Positions 1 to 13,097 of a DNA stretch of 64,000 nt are shown here, piece by piece. A model generated the notes under the pieces. That model saw nothing but the letters and a program-made list of their open reading frames with translations. It was not told where the DNA came from and did not search any database. A program made the position numbers and the translations under genes. The DNA comes from Pristiophorus japonicus (lineage: Eukaryota): positions 145,824,001 to 145,888,000 of the forward strand of contig NC_091984.1 of the NCBI RefSeq assembly GCF_044704955.1, in the 5' to 3' direction. How positions within the stretch are numbered: the first letter of the stretch is position 1; each line of letters opens with the position of its first letter.

Positions 1-86
1 ACCACATAAACTGATTCCTCTTTATCCACCCTGTTCGTTACATCCTCAAAGAACTCCAGAAAATTTGTCAAACATGACTTCCCCTT
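1..86 (-). mobile_element. CR1 LINE RT fragment, left part of the element split by the LTR insertion
   Basis: Joins seamlessly to 3051+ across the CCCTT TSD (catgacttcccctt|cataaatccatgctgactc); minus strand reads ...SQHGFMKGKSCLTNFLEFFEDV. Confidence 0.85.
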
Positions 87-3045
87 TGTTATGTATTGTC
101 CAGGTACATTAAATGTATAAGTGCAATGGTGCGCCATAGAGGACACTGTGGTGGGAGACTGGAAAGTACCTGCAAGACAGAGTCTAAAAGTCTGCCCACC
201 ACACCTGAGAGGCACTCTGGAGTCAGACAATAAAGGACTAAGGTCACAGCAGTTACTACAACACCAGACTGTGTGGAGTCAGTGATTTGAGTGCGACATA
301 CATCACATTGGCGACAAGGACACGGACGAACTTCATTCATCATGCAACTATGGCTACTCTGGGCTCGTTAAAGGATTTTACAATGGGAAATGATTGGGAG
401 GCCTTTACGGAAAGGCTCGAGTACTACTTCACAGCAAACGACCTGACGGGGCACATGGACGCACTGAGAGAAGCGTAAGGCAATATTACTTTCCAGCTGT
501 GGCTATGAGGTTTACTGTCTTGTCAGGGATTTGCTGGCACCCGGGAGTGCCAGGGACAAGTCATATGAGAAGCCGGTGGGACTCATTCGTGACCAACTTA
601 CGTGACCAAAGGAGAGCATCTTCACAGCCCGGTACAAATTCTATCACCACTGCAGACCTGAAGGCCAGGATGTCACCAAATATGCTACGGACCTCAGGAG
701 ACTCGCGGCGCGATGTGATTTTGGCACACACCTTGAAGACGCGTTGCGAGACATTTTTGTTTTGGGGATTGGCCATGAGGGTCTCTTTCTCAAGCTGCTA
801 TCCACGGAACCTACAGTCACCCTGAAGCGAGCCATCATCACCAGCAGGGCATTTATGGCCTCGACTTGCAGCACCAAACAGATGATCCACACAGTCTCGA
901 ACCCGGCAGGCACTGTCCACAGGATAGCGCCCACCATGGACAAACTGCAGAACGTGGCTCTGCCTGGGGCAGAGAGCACGGACCTCGAGGTCCTGGAACT
1001 CAGAGTCCGCTGAGGGGGGCTAATCGAGTAGCACCATGCTGGCGCTGTGGAGGAAGCCATGGGGCTCACCGGTGCAGGTTTGCGGAGTATACGTGCAATA
1101 CCTGCCACACGAAAGGCCACCTTCAGCGTATGTTTAAAAGAGACACGACTCACCGTGTGGCTGAGGAGATGGTGGAGGGTCCATTTTCCAGCGAGGAGCA
1201 GGCAGAAGGAGACAAGGCGTTGTTTGGACTGTACACGTGTACTGATGGTTCGGCCCCGGTGATTATGGAGGTCAAGATTAACGGAGTCCCTGTGAGTATG
1301 GAAGTAGATACTGGCTCGGGTCCATCGTTGATGAGTCAGGAAACTTTTGAAAAACTGTGGGTTAACCCAGCTGCACGACCCAAGCTGGTCCCGGTCATGG
1401 CAAAGCTGCGTACCTACACCAAGGAACTGATACCTGTTCTTGGCAGAGCAGATGTGCAGGTATCTCACGGGGACGAGACGCACGGTTTACCTTTGTGGGT
1501 CATTGCAGGTGATGGGCCGTGCTTCTCAGCAGAAGGTGGATGGGAAAGGTCCGTGGGAGCTGGGAAGACTTCACTCCTCCACAGACCGCTGTCCCCCGGG
1601 TCCCCAAAGAGCAGCACCGACCGAGCTGGAGAAGAAGTAAGCAGTTCATCAGCAGCCTCAATTCCACAGGCCACAGCAACCCTGCAGCCCCAACCCTGGA
1701 AGAGCAGCTTTTCAACCCGGCTGCAGGAGTGGCGGCAGGTGCTGGAGCAGGAGCGGAGGCTCAGGAGAGGCGGCACCAGCAGCAGGAATGGAGGCTGCAG
1801 CGGCGGCGGAGGCTACGGAGGCGGCAGCTATGACTTGGGAGAACGCGATTTCTTGGACAGATAAAGGAGCCAGAGCAGATGCAGGAGTCAGAACAGAGGA
1901 AACGGCCAGGTTCAAGATCATGCTTTGGCTGTTTTCTTTCCTTCTTTCTTCGTTATTTCTTCTTTTCCAGAGAGTAAAATGGCAGGCCAGCGAGCTCAAG
2001 ATGGTGGCAGCAGAGCTCTGCAAAGAACAAAGGCAAGCAGTACAACTAAAATGGCGGCGCCCAAGGGAAGCCTCTTGGAAACCACAAGATGGCATCTTAA
2101 AAGGGAAATTCACCCGGGAATCTTAAAAGGGCCTTACACCATTGGCGGTCCCCACAAAGAGACTTTTGTAAGGCAAGAGCGAGTCTAAATGAGCAATGTG
2201 AATGTCGGATGACAGATTTATGATAAGAATTAATATTTTAATGCTGAATGGTTACTGTGTTTAAAATAATGGATATGAATTACGATTTATGATAAGAGTT
2301 AATATTTTAATTCTGAATGGTTACTGTGTTTAAAATTATGGATATGAATTACGAAAAGAGTTAATACCATGAGGTTCAGGTAAAAGGGATATGGACCCGT
2401 GACTAACATGACCAATGGGCTAATGCGATTTTCGATTTAGCTGATTCATGCAATGGTTCAGCGGCTGCTAAGGCGACTATTTCAGCGCAGCCCATTACCT
2501 CGGGCAAAAAGGGGCTGTGTACAGCCACCGTACTTCACCCAGGTAACTGTTCAGTGTACCTGCAACCTTTTGACATAACATCTGTACCACATATTATATG
2601 TACCATACAAATGTACCATCTATGTATACCTACTTTCTGTTGGAGGTGATGCTCGTGTGCTTTATCCACCATGTAAGGACTGCAAATACCACATGTGTAC
2701 ACCGAGTCCTCCACATGGGGAGAAGAGGGAAGTGGATGGTCATGGACTCACACTCACAAATCAACCAGGACGAACAAGGCCGAGGTCACCGGCAATGGCT
2801 TTTGGAACTGGAGGGGAGAGTGAGTTGTTATGTATTGTCCAGGTACATTAAATGTATAAGTACAATGGTGAGCCACAGAGGGCGCTGTGGTTGGAGACCT
2901 GAAAGTACCTGCAAGACATAGTATAAAAGGCTGCCCACCACACCTGAGAGGCACTCTGGAGTCAGACAATAAAGGACTAAGGTCACAGCAGTTACTACAA
3001 ACCAGACCGTGTGGAGTCAGTGATTTGAGTGCTACATACATCACA
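87..3045 (+). mobile_element. Non-autonomous Gypsy-like LTR retrotransposon, copy A1 (gag, CCHC and protease remnants; no RT/IN)
   Basis: LTRs 87-307 and 2826-3045 (TGTTATG...CATCACA); 5-bp TSD CCCTT at 82-86 and 3046-3050; PBS-like TTGGCGAC at 308; purine tract before the 3' LTR; gag start MATLGSLKDF..WEAFTERLEYYF; zinc knuckles CWRCGGSH..C and CNTCHTKGHL; protease MEVDTGSG. Confidence 0.93.
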
Positions 3046-3050
3046 CCCTT

Positions 3051-4620
3051 CATAAATCCATGCTGACTCTGCCTGACTGAATTTTGCTTTTCCAAATGTC
3101 CTGCTACTACTTCTTTAATAATGGACTCCAACATTTTCCCAAGCACAGTTATGTTAGGCTAACTGGTCTATAGTTTCCTGCTTTTTGTCTGCCTCCTTTT
3201 TTAAATAGGGGCGTTACATTTGTAGTTTTCCAAACTGCTGGGACCTCCCAAGAATCCAGGGAATTCTCAGTGTCCTATCATGTAATGTGTATTCCTTTGC
3301 CTTGTTAGACTTCCCCAAATGCATTACTTCACAGTTCTCGGAATTGAAATCCATTTGCCACTGTTCTGCCCACCTGACTAGTCCATTGATATCTTCCTGC
3401 TGTCTACAGCTTTCTTCCTCACTATCAATCGCACAGCTAATTTTTGTATCATCTGCAAACTTCTTAATCATGTCCCCTACATTGAAGTCTAAATCATTGG
3501 TGTATATTACAATGCACAAGGGACTTAGTACTGAGCCCTGCGGAACCCCACTCGAAACAGCCTTCCAGTGACTAAAATACCCGTTGACCATTTCCCTTTG
3601 CTTCCTGCCACTGAGCCAATTTTGGATCCAACTTGCCACTTTCCCTTGGATCCCATGGGCTTTTTACTTTTCTGCCATGTAAGACCTTGCCAAAAGCCTT
3701 GCAAAAATCTATGTATACTACATCAAAGGTGCAACACTCATCGACCCTCCTTGTTATCTCCACAAAGAATTCAATCAAGTTAGTCACGCATAACATTCCC
3801 TTAACAAATCCATGCTGACTGTCCTTGATTAATCCATCCCTTTCTATATGACAATTTATCCTCTCCCTCGGAATTGTTTCCAATAATTTTCCCACCACCG
3901 AGGTTACGCTGACTGGTCTGTTATTACTCGGTCTATCTCTTTCCCCTTTTTAAACAAAGGCACCATGTTAGCAGCCCTCCAGTCCTCTGACACCTCACCT
4001 GTAAACAGGGTAGATTGAAAAATGATGGTCAGAGCCTCTGCTATTTCCTCCCTTGCTTCTATTCACAACCTGGGATACATTACATGCTAAACCCCTTAAT
4101 ACTTCTTCACTCACTATGTTTATCTCATCGAATATTTCACACTTGTCCTCCTTAATTACAATGTCTGCATCGTCCCTCTCTTCTGTGAAGGTAGATACAA
4201 AGTATTCATTTAGAACTATTCCCACATCTTCCGCTTCCAGACACAGGTTACCTTTTTGGTCTCCAATAGGCCACACTCTTTTTTTAGTTATCCTCTTGGT
4301 CTTTATGTATTTATAAAACATCTTTGAGCTTTCCCTGATTATACTTGACAATATTTTTTCATACCCTCTCTTTGCATTCCTAATTTCCTTTTTAATTTCA
4401 CCCCTGCACTTTCTATACTTCTCTGGGCTTTCTGCAGTATTTAGCTCTGGGTATCTGACATAAGGTTCCCTTTTTTGCCTTAACCTACCCTGTATGCCCT
4501 TTGACATTCAGGGGCTTTAGATTTGGCAGTCCCACCCTTTTCCTTTGTGGGAACATACTTGCTCTGAACCCTCACTATCTCCCCCTTGAATGCCTCCCAC
4601 TGCTCTGACACTGATTTACC
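3051..4620 (-). mobile_element. CR1 LINE ORF2 fragments (degenerate)
   Basis: ORFs with [34 protein letters not shown]. Confidence 0.9.
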
Positions 4621-4626
4621 TTCAAC

Positions 4627-5350
4627 AGAAGAACATAAGAACTAGGAAAAGGAGTAGGCCATATGGCCCCTCGAGCCTGCTCCTCCATTCAATAAAATTA
4701 TGGCTGATCTGATCATGGACTCAGCTCCACCTCCCCGTCCGTTCCTGATAACCCCTTATCCCCTTATCATTTAAGAAACTGTCTAATTCTGTCTTAAATT
4801 TATTCAATGTCCCAGCTTCCACAGCTCTCTGAGGCAATGAATTGCACAGATTTACAACCTTCTCAGAGAAGTAATTTCTCCTCATCTCTGTTGTAAATGG
4901 GCGGCCCCTTATTCTATGATCATGTCTTCTAGTTCTAGTGGAAACATCCTTTCTGCATCCACCTTGTCAAGCCTATTCATAATCTTATATGTTTCCATAA
5001 GATCACCTCTCATTCTTTTGCTTTCCAATGGGTAGAGGCCCAACATACTCAACCTTTCCTCATAAGTCAACCCCCTCATTTCCAGAATCAACCGAGTGAA
5101 TCTCCTCTGAATTGCCTCCAAAGCAAGTATATCCTTTCGTAAATATGGAAACCAAAACTGCACGCAATATTCCAGGTGTGGCCTCACCAATACCCTGTAT
5201 AGCTGCAGCAAGACTTCCTTGCTTTTATACTCCATTCCCTTTGCAATAAAGGCCAAGATTCCATTGGCCTTCCTGGTCACTTGCTGTACTTGCATACTAC
5301 CCTATTGTGTTTCATGCACAAGTACCCCCAGGTCCCGCTGTACTGCAACC
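4627..5350 (-). mobile_element. CR1 LINE 3' end
   Basis: LYRVLVRPHLEYCVQFW...MRGDLMETYKI plus typical shark CR1 3' UTR (gaacataagaa...ggagtaggcc). Confidence 0.9.
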
Positions 5351-5449
5351 TACCCAATCTTGCCTCATAACTAGATTTGGGAGTGCCACCCTTTTCCTTT
5401 GTGGGAACACATTGCTCTGAACCCTCACTATCTCCCCCTTGAATGCCTC

Positions 5450-6208
5450 TCTCAGGTGGGCGTTAATGATCCCATGCCATTATTTTGAAGAAGAGCAGGG
5501 GAGTTCTCCCCGGTGTCCCGGCCAATATTTATTCCTCAATCAACATGACAAAAACAGATTGGGGACGAAATTTCCCCGCTGTGTGAAAGGGATGTGACAG
5601 TGTTTTCCCTGGGGGGGGGTGGGCCTACCCGATCCCGCGGGATTTAGCAGAGACGTGAAATGGATAGTGCCCCGTGAGCCGTGTCCGCGCCCCGTGAGCC
5701 GTGTCCACGTCCCGTGAGCCGTGTCCGCGCCAGGCCTGTGGGTCACGAACCGGGCCGCACTTCGCTCGCGGGGCGAAACTTACTGGGAGATGCGCACCGC
5801 CGCGCCCCGCCATTTGTTTTTGCCGAATTACCCGTCGGGCCTTTCTGTGCCGATGTGGTGGGGTCGGTGCCTTCATGGTGCAGCCTGACACTCGCCCCCG
5901 AGCCCACCCCCAGGGGAAGTGCAGCACACCACATTGCGCTCCACTTCCTGTCAGGGGCCGTGACCCCAATTTTGCTTCCGGGGCAGGAATTTGGCGTGGG
6001 AAAATTAGCCGCCCCAAACCGGGGCGATACGCAATTTGGGCCCATTATCTGGTCATAGTCATACGTGGGAGCTTGCTGTGTACAAACTGTCTGTCGTGTC
6101 TTCTCCATTACCGCAGTGACTACACTTTAAAAGTACTTCATTGGCTGTAAAGCGCTTTGGGACGTCCTGAGGTGGTGAAAGGCGCTATATAAATGCAAGT
6201 CTTTCTTT
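5450..6208 (+). mobile_element. DeuSINE (SacSINE1-like), interrupted by a MITE at 5561-6043
   Basis: Deu-domain-like ttttgaagaagagcaggggagttctccccggtgtcc and tail gtgaaaggcgctatataaatgcaagt; homologous to the uninterrupted copy at 60065-60410. Confidence 0.75.
5561..6043. mobile_element. MITE, probably PIF/Harbinger-type
   Basis: Interrupts the SINE at cagatt|attatctgg (3-bp ATT duplication); imperfect TIRs GGGGACGAAATT / AATTTGGGCCC. Confidence 0.6.
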
Positions 6209-7629
6209 CCAATTCAGCTCGACATCTTTGAAACCCAAACCCGCAGACAGTGACGGACAGGTAAAGACCCTGTGGTCCATGCAGCCCGTCCCACACAATT
6301 GTGATATCTTGTGTATCACAGTATAGACTCTCCACCCCACCCAAAACTACCTGATCTCCTGGGAGAGGCGAAAAACCAGGGAAAAAACCCATTGGGGGAA
6401 ATAAATCTGGGAAACTCCTCTCCGACGCCCCACCCATCCCCCACACCAGGCGATGGAAACTAGTCCAGGAGGTGACTGTGGCCCTGAATTCCCTGCAGTA
6501 ACTACCTTCTGTAAGTGGTGATCTCCGCACCGGCCACAAACAGGTCCTGCTCTCGCTTATGTACAGCTCATGGATTTAAAATTACAAGCTTTCCCCACAG
6601 TGTCAAGTGCTGCAAATACTGTGTTACATTATCAGGGTTATATTCTCACTGTCTGTCATTGTCACAACACTCGCTATATAAATGCAAGTTGTTGTTATGT
6701 TTAGGGGCCGCTGTATCTGGCTCAGGCTTCTTATCCATCCCTCCTTCCCTTCCCCCTCCATTGGGGGCCGTGCCTTCAGCTGCCTGGGTCCTAAATCTCT
6801 GCTCCCTAAACCTCTCTGCCACTCCACCCCTCTCCTCTTTGAAGACCTCCCTTCAAACCCAATCTGTGATTGAGGGTTTTGATCACCCTCCCAGCCCCTC
6901 CCCCTTTGGCTCAGCACCGCTTTGACCAGATTACGCCTGTGTCAGCTGCCTTGGGATGTTGTTCTAATGTTCCAGTTACGATAGCAATGCGGGTTGTTGC
7001 TGCTGTACCTGGCGGCAGAATGTCTCTGTGTGGATATACCCCGTGCACCGATCTCCGCGGTGAGGCCTCCCACAGTGGAATGGCCTGCCGATGCTCGCTG
7101 CAGTGCGGGGTGGCTGCTGACCCGCCAATCGGTCTGAGACACCGCCTCACGAGCGGACGAGGAGATACACGCTGAGATCCACCATCAAATGACACGTGGG
7201 GAACTGGAAATGATTCTGCAAACCTGACTGAAGGTTTGGAACAAACGGGTCTTACAAACCAATCAATTGAGTGACACAGAAATTGTCCAAAAATTTGGTC
7301 TTTTCAGAACCAACATCGCCCCCTTTTGGTATGAAGGCAGCACTGACAATTTCCCTCACAATTTGACTGAGCTGCAATTTTCAATGTCTCCTTACGTGGC
7401 TCGCTGTCAATCTTTATTCTATAACGCTCCTGTGAAGCGCTCGGGGAGTTTTATTGTGTTAAAGGTGCTGTATAAAAGTTGCTGTTGTTGTTTGTTCTGA
7501 GTTAGCTGTTCCAACTGAGATCGGGATATGACTCACAGCTCAGACTGTGCGGCATCCAGTGATGCAATGTTGTATCGTGGGCTCAAGCCCCACTCCAGGG
7601 ACCTGAGTGTAAAATAAAGACATACACTA

Positions 7630-8506
7630 CTGTGCAGTCCTGAGGGAGTGCTGCACTGTCAGAGGGGCAGTACTGAGGGAGTGCCGTACTGTCAGAGGGA
7701 CAGTACTGAGGGAGTGCCACACTTTCAGAGGGGCAACTGAGGGAGTGCCGCACTGTCAGAGGGGCAGTACGGAGGGAGTGCTGCACTGTCAGAGGGGCAG
7801 TACTGAGGGAGTGCCGCACTGTCGGAGGGGCAGTACTGAGGGAGTGCCATACTGTCAGAGGGGCAATACTGAGGGAGTGCCACACTGTCAGAGGGACAGT
7901 ACTGAGGGAGTGCTGCACTGTCAGAGGGGTAGTACTGAGGGAGTGCCACACTGTCAGAGGGGCAACTGAGGGAGTGCCGCACTGTCAGAGGGGCAGTACT
8001 GAGGGAGTGCTGCACTGTCACAGGGGCAGTACTGAGGGAGTGTTGCACTGTCGGAGAAGCAATATTGAGGGAGTGTTGCACTGTCAGAGGGGCAATACTG
8101 AGGGAGTGCTGCACTGTCAGAGGGGCAGTACTGAGGGAGTGCCGCACTGTCAGAGGGGCAATACTGAGGGAGTGCCACACTGTCGGAGGGGCAGTACTGA
8201 GGGAGTGCCGTACTGTCAGAGGGGCAATACTGAGGGAGTGCCACACTGTCAGAGGGACAGTACTGAGGGAGTGCTGCACTGTCACAGGGGCAGTACTGAG
8301 GGAGTGTTGCACTGTCGGAGAAGCAATATTGAGGGAGTGTTGCACTGTCAGAGGGGCAATACTGACGGAGTGCTGCACTGTCAGAGGGGCAGTACTGAGG
8401 GAGTGCCGCACTGTCAGAGGGGCAATATTGAGGGAGTGTTGCACTGTTGGAGGGGCAATACTGAGGGAGTGCCACACTGTCAGAGGGGCAGTACTGAGGG
8501 AGTGCC
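7630..8506 (+). repeat. 33-bp minisatellite (gtactgagggagtgccgcactgtcagaggggca)n derived from a SINE head
   Basis: About 26 tandem units, directly preceded by a B-box-like SINE 5' region at 7577-7640. Confidence 0.9.
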
Positions 8507-9522
8507 TGTCGACGGTTTTCTCGGGCTTACCGAAAACGCACCTCCTACTACAAGTTCTGGACGATAGGGATTATATGGACAGATGAGACTCAGACACACG
8601 TTTTTCGGGCTCAACCGTATTGTGTTTAATAAGATTAACAACACCACTCATAAACAGTGCAAAACAGTACAACCCTGGCTTGTCCAATTAGCCCTGCCGT
8701 GCTAAGTTACCACGGTTTAATAAAAGAACCCTCTCATGAAATAAACTAACACAGGACCCTCCCAGCACTAAACCCCTTGGGTTTGGTTGGGACTTACAAT
8801 CAACCCCTCACACAGCTAAGTGGTCTTGTGGATGTGTAGGCGCAGGCAATATGCTCACCCTGATTGCCCGTTGTCTTGCTTGCAGCTTCTTCCTGAACGT
8901 CTCGCTCCTGGGCTTTTTCCTGGGCTTTTTCCTGAGCTTTTTCCTGGGCTTTTTCCTGGGCTTTTTCCTGACCTTTTTCCGGGGCTTTCTTCCTCCTGAG
9001 CTTGAGCTTGTTGCAAAGTGGCTCCTTATATCCCCAAAACCCACCTCCTTTCCTCCCACCAATACTGACCGATGGATTGACTCCGGTGATCTGTCTGGAC
9101 TCCCCGCCCCGTGGCCTGGAGTGACTCGTAGCCTTTGAAATGTTTGTGAAAAATGATATTTTGTTTTCCCGCTCCCAGGCCTTGCATCTGGAGAGACAAT
9201 GGGTGCTGATTACTGGATGTCTGTCGTTTCCTGAGTTGATGGTCCCCATTAGCAGGTAATGGGTTTCGATCACAAACCGATCTTGCTTAACCGGCTTATC
9301 TTCTGGAAGGCAATGGGCCGGCCATTTCCTGCCTTGCACCAGTTTGGGTTGGGACTGAGTGGTGACTGTGCTTTAATAATGTGAAGGCACAGTGTCTCTG
9401 AGTTACCTCTCGGAGTATTGTTCCCAGTAATCACTTTAGATGGTGATGACATCAATGGGCCTGGGTTCCCTGCCACCCAGCCTGTCAGTGTGAAATGTCC
9501 GGTTGTATATTAATGCACCTCA
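8507..9522 (-). mobile_element. Probable solo LTR (~1 kb)
   Basis: TG...CA ends flanked by GTGCC (8502-8506 and 9523-9527); minus-strand TATA-like GATATAAG near 9030 and ATTAAA near 8628; internal 12-bp repeat cctgggcttttt. Confidence 0.5.
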
Positions 9523-9624
9523 GTGCCATCCCCACAAGCTCCCTAAACAGTACAGTTCTTTCTTGGGGATTTGGATTTAAGGATTTAAAGTATTGTTGAT
9601 AGAAATGGCCAGAAAGCTGGTGCC

Positions 9625-12560
9625 TCGGGGAAATAATGGTATGTTCCTCACCTCTTCCACTCCACCCCCCGCTCACCAGGGACAATAATGGTATGTTCCT
9701 CACGTCTCACTCCTCTATGCCCCTGCAGACCATAATGCTATGTTCCTCACCTCTCCCTTTCCCCCTGGGGACAGTAATGGTATGTTCCTCAACTCTCTGT
9801 CCCCTCTTCCCCCCTGGGGATGACAATGGTAAGTTCCTCACCTATCTCTCCTCTCCCTCCCCGCCCCCCCGCCTGGACTATAATGGTTTGTTCCTCATCT
9901 CCGCTCCTCAAAGGGACAATAATGGTATGTTTCTCTCCCTCTCTCGCCCCACTGCCCCCCCCCCAAAGCACAAGCCTTTGGCCCTTTGCATTGAAGGGCA
10001 GTGTGCCCCTCCCTTGCTCCCCTCCTGCCCCCCTCCCCTGATCCTCCCCACACCCTTGTGCCTTTGTGCTTTCAGATGATGAGCCAGCATGTCAGCAGCC
10101 TGTCCCTCAGCCTCCCACTGACAGCGACGAGGGAGAGGAGGAGGAGGAAGGAGAGAAGACCCCCCCCACCATCACTGCACTGTAAGTCCTCTCAGCAAGC
10201 TGCCCCCGGCTCTGGCGAGACCACGTCGCTGGAGGAGACAATGTTCCTGGGGTTGGTGGAGGGTGATGTTCTGGGACCCAGCAGCTGCAGCAACGTCACG
10301 GGGCAAGGAAAGCTCGCGGACCTGCTCCCCAGGGGGCCATTTCACACCCCAGTTCTGTTCAGTACCACTCGGATGTGGACCTCGATGTGGAGGCTTTGGG
10401 CAGATGGAAGGCGGGCCATGCACAGCGAGCTTCTGGGTGCAATGGCAATGGTGCCCCAGAGCCAGGATGCCCCAGAACCAGGGTGCCCCTGAGCCAAGGT
10501 GCCCCAGAGCCAGGGTGCCCAACGGCGATGGTACCCCAGAGCGAGGATGCCCCAGAGCCAGGATGCCCCAGCGCCAGTGCCCAAGAGCCAGGGTGCCCCA
10601 GAGCCAGGGTGCTCCAGATCCAGGGTGCCCCAAGCCAGGGTGCCCCAGAGCCAAAGTGCCCAAGGGCGAGGGTGCCCCAGGGCGAGGATGCCCCAGAGCC
10701 AGGGTGCCCCAGCACCAGTGCCCCAGAGCCAGGGTGCACCAGAGCCAGGGTGCCCCAGAGCCAGGGTGCCCCAGATCCAGGGTGCCCCAGAGCCAGGGTG
10801 CCCTTGATGGGGGTTTGGAGGAGTCGGCCTCCAGCATTGCCCGTGTCTCCCAGCACACCTTCCAGTCCATCCTTGTCAGCTTGCAATGCATGGTGGGCTC
10901 GCAGAGAGAGAGTGGGGACCGAAAGCTCCCGCCACGTGTCATGGGGAGGGAGCAGCAGCTATTGCAGCACAGGCCGGAGCAACGCAACGGCTTACTGCTG
11001 TAATGGGCTCAGTGCTTGGTGGCATACAGACTGGTCCCCTCTCGTGCATGTCGGTCTGCTCTCATGCACGCTCAGTCTGCTCCCGTGCTCGCTCGGTCTG
11101 TTCCCGTGCACACTCGATCCACTCCCATGCACACTCGATCCACTCTCGTGCACACTCGGTCCGCTCCGTGCACGCTCGGTCTGTTCCCGTGCATGCTCAG
11201 ATCGATGCCATGCAAGCGCTGACTGCTGCCATCATTTCTGGGTTCCCTGCAGTCCAACGGGGAGGTCACGGTGCCGAAGCAGGCCAGCAATCTGTGCTCG
11301 ATGAGATTGGTCCGGATGCTGAGGCGCTGCCCCTGGGGAGTGGCAGTGGGTGTGTAGAAATGGAAGGTGCTGCCTTCTCTCAGGATGACAGCATTCCGGC
11401 TCCCACCACTGCCACTTCACCATTGCAGTTGGCAATGTCTGCAACCCAGCCATCCGAGACTGCTGCCACCCAGGATGAGGTGGTGCAGTCTGCAGCCGGG
11501 CCTTCCAGGCCCAGGGCTGTCCAGGGCGTCCTGCTAGGCCATCTGCAGTCTCTGTGTGGCAGACCAAGCAGCCTCCCAGCAGCCTTGCTGCAGGCACTGG
11601 GACCCCATTGAGGAGGAGCAGTATGATTGGGAGGGGGAGAAGGGAGCACGAGCGGAATATTTACAGAAAGACCAGTGGGACAGTTTTGATGACATCATCA
11701 GCTCAGTAAGTTGTCAATATATTCTTGCTGCTAGTTGGGCTTTCTCAGTGTTGAGTATCAAACGGTTCTTTGTAAAGATGTTGTTGTTGGTTGTGGGAAG
11801 TTCTGGTTGATGTTGGGGGTTTAATCAATGGGTAATTTGAGGTTGAGTTTCTGTGCTGTGTTCCATTGGCCATGTGCAGGGTGATCGGGTCTGTGCTGTG
11901 CCCATCGCCCTTTGTTGGTGCAGCGCAATCACCGTCTGATCTCTGGTTTACTGGAACCTCTGCACAATGAGGGTCACACACGGCCCTCACACACCCCACA
12001 TTGGCTCGGCCCTCCTCCGTGGCTGCTGCCCACCTCCGCAACCTCCCCCTCTGCACCCTCCTCCTCATCAGCACCCTCCCCCTCCTCACTCTCCTCCTCA
12101 CACTCCTCCTCCACCTCCTCCTCCTCCTCCTCCTCCTCCTCCCCCTCCTCACTTTCCCCCTCACCCCCCACTCCCTCTCCGTCCCCCTGAGGTGGCCCTG
12201 CAATCCCCGAGGACAATGTCTGGGCCCTCTGAATGAGCATGTTGTGCACCATGCAGCACACGATGAGGAAACGGGATCCTCGATCAGGGGGGGTCCTACA
12301 GGGCACCTCCTGAGCAGTTACGGCAGTGGAGGCATGTTTCACCCTCCCCCCTGTCGATAGTCTGCTCGATGAGGTTGCTGGAGGCAGCACGGCTCCCATT
12401 GTACACGTGCTGAGCACGAATGTTGGGTTTGCGGAGGGGTGTCACCGACCAGGTGGTGGACGAGTGGATAACCCTTGACCCTGAGCAGCCAGCCGCGAGC
12501 TCCATGTGGCGGTTGGAAGAGCCAAAGTGTGTCCCGCCATGTTTGAGGTGGTGACACGGG
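9625..12560. mobile_element. Degenerate PIF/Harbinger transposon: low-complexity Myb/SANT-type ORF region on + (about 10077-11610) converging on a HARBI1-like transposase on - (about 12100-12560)
   Basis: Minus-strand fragments GWLL..KGYPL, VTPLRKP..YN, NLIEQTI, GGAL, IVCCMVHN and an acidic tail match the HARBI1 DDE C-terminus; the + ORF is assigned only by its position and composition. Confidence 0.7.
10452..10803 (+). repeat. 16-bp-unit tandem repeat (gtgccccagagccagg)n
   Basis: About 20 degenerate copies visible directly. Confidence 0.85.
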
Positions 12561-12747
12561 CTGAGCGCTGATTCTAACGCCGGGCGGTCGGTGCCTCCTC
12601 AAACGGCAAAATTCACCGTCCACAGATACTGCCTGATCTGCTGAGTATTTCCAGCATTTTCTGTCTTCCCAGAGGCCTTTCTTTGCCATCTGAGGCCTTG
12701 CAAATGTCTAGCATCACTCCCTACACACTGAAAAATCTTTTACATCT

Positions 12748-13088
12748 TTTTTTTAAAATTCGTAGCCAATCTTTCCAATTCTTTGTCAAATCACAAACGC
12801 CAGAGGTCACCTTGCACACATCAAGGATCACTCTGCGCCAATGCTCTTAGCCAAAAGGCCGAGAGCCACTGCACTGTTCCTGGAAGTACTACACTACCAG
12901 GTTCGTGCCATGGAGGTGGATGGGTCAGGCCCCCCACACACCTCCGTGGAGGTGGATGGGTCAAACCACCCCACCCACCTCCTATTTCCAAAAAGTTTGC
13001 AGAACCACCTTCCTGATCCAGGGAGAACCACTTTGGGGTCATGGTTACTCCCCTGTCAGGTCAGTTACGCATGATCTTAGCCAAAAGG
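12748..13088 (-). mobile_element. U2/U1 snRNA-chimeric SINE, near full-length (copy S1)
   Basis: Minus strand: ccttttggctaagatca (U2 5'), actgacctgacaggggagtaaccatgaccccaaagtggttctccc (U1 5'), Sm-like ctttttgg, U2 3' acctggtagtgtagtacttccaggaacagtgca, second ctcggccttttggctaaga, tail, poly(A). Confidence 0.88.
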
Positions 13089-13097
13089 AAACCTTTT

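Noticed and set aside
7583-8586. Long repetitive ORFs (LTVQHSLSTAP / QYCPSDSAALP) or a CRISPR-like array
   Set aside because: Translation artefacts of a 33-bp minisatellite; there are no unique spacers and the context is vertebrate.
8800-9339. 179-aa ORF with (EKAQ)n repeat
   Set aside because: Produced by a 12-bp tandem repeat inside a probable solo LTR; no recognisable domain.
10172-11304. Collagen- or mucin-like host proteins in overlapping ORFs
   Set aside because: They arise from a GC-rich 16-bp tandem repeat inside a Harbinger remnant that is open in several frames.
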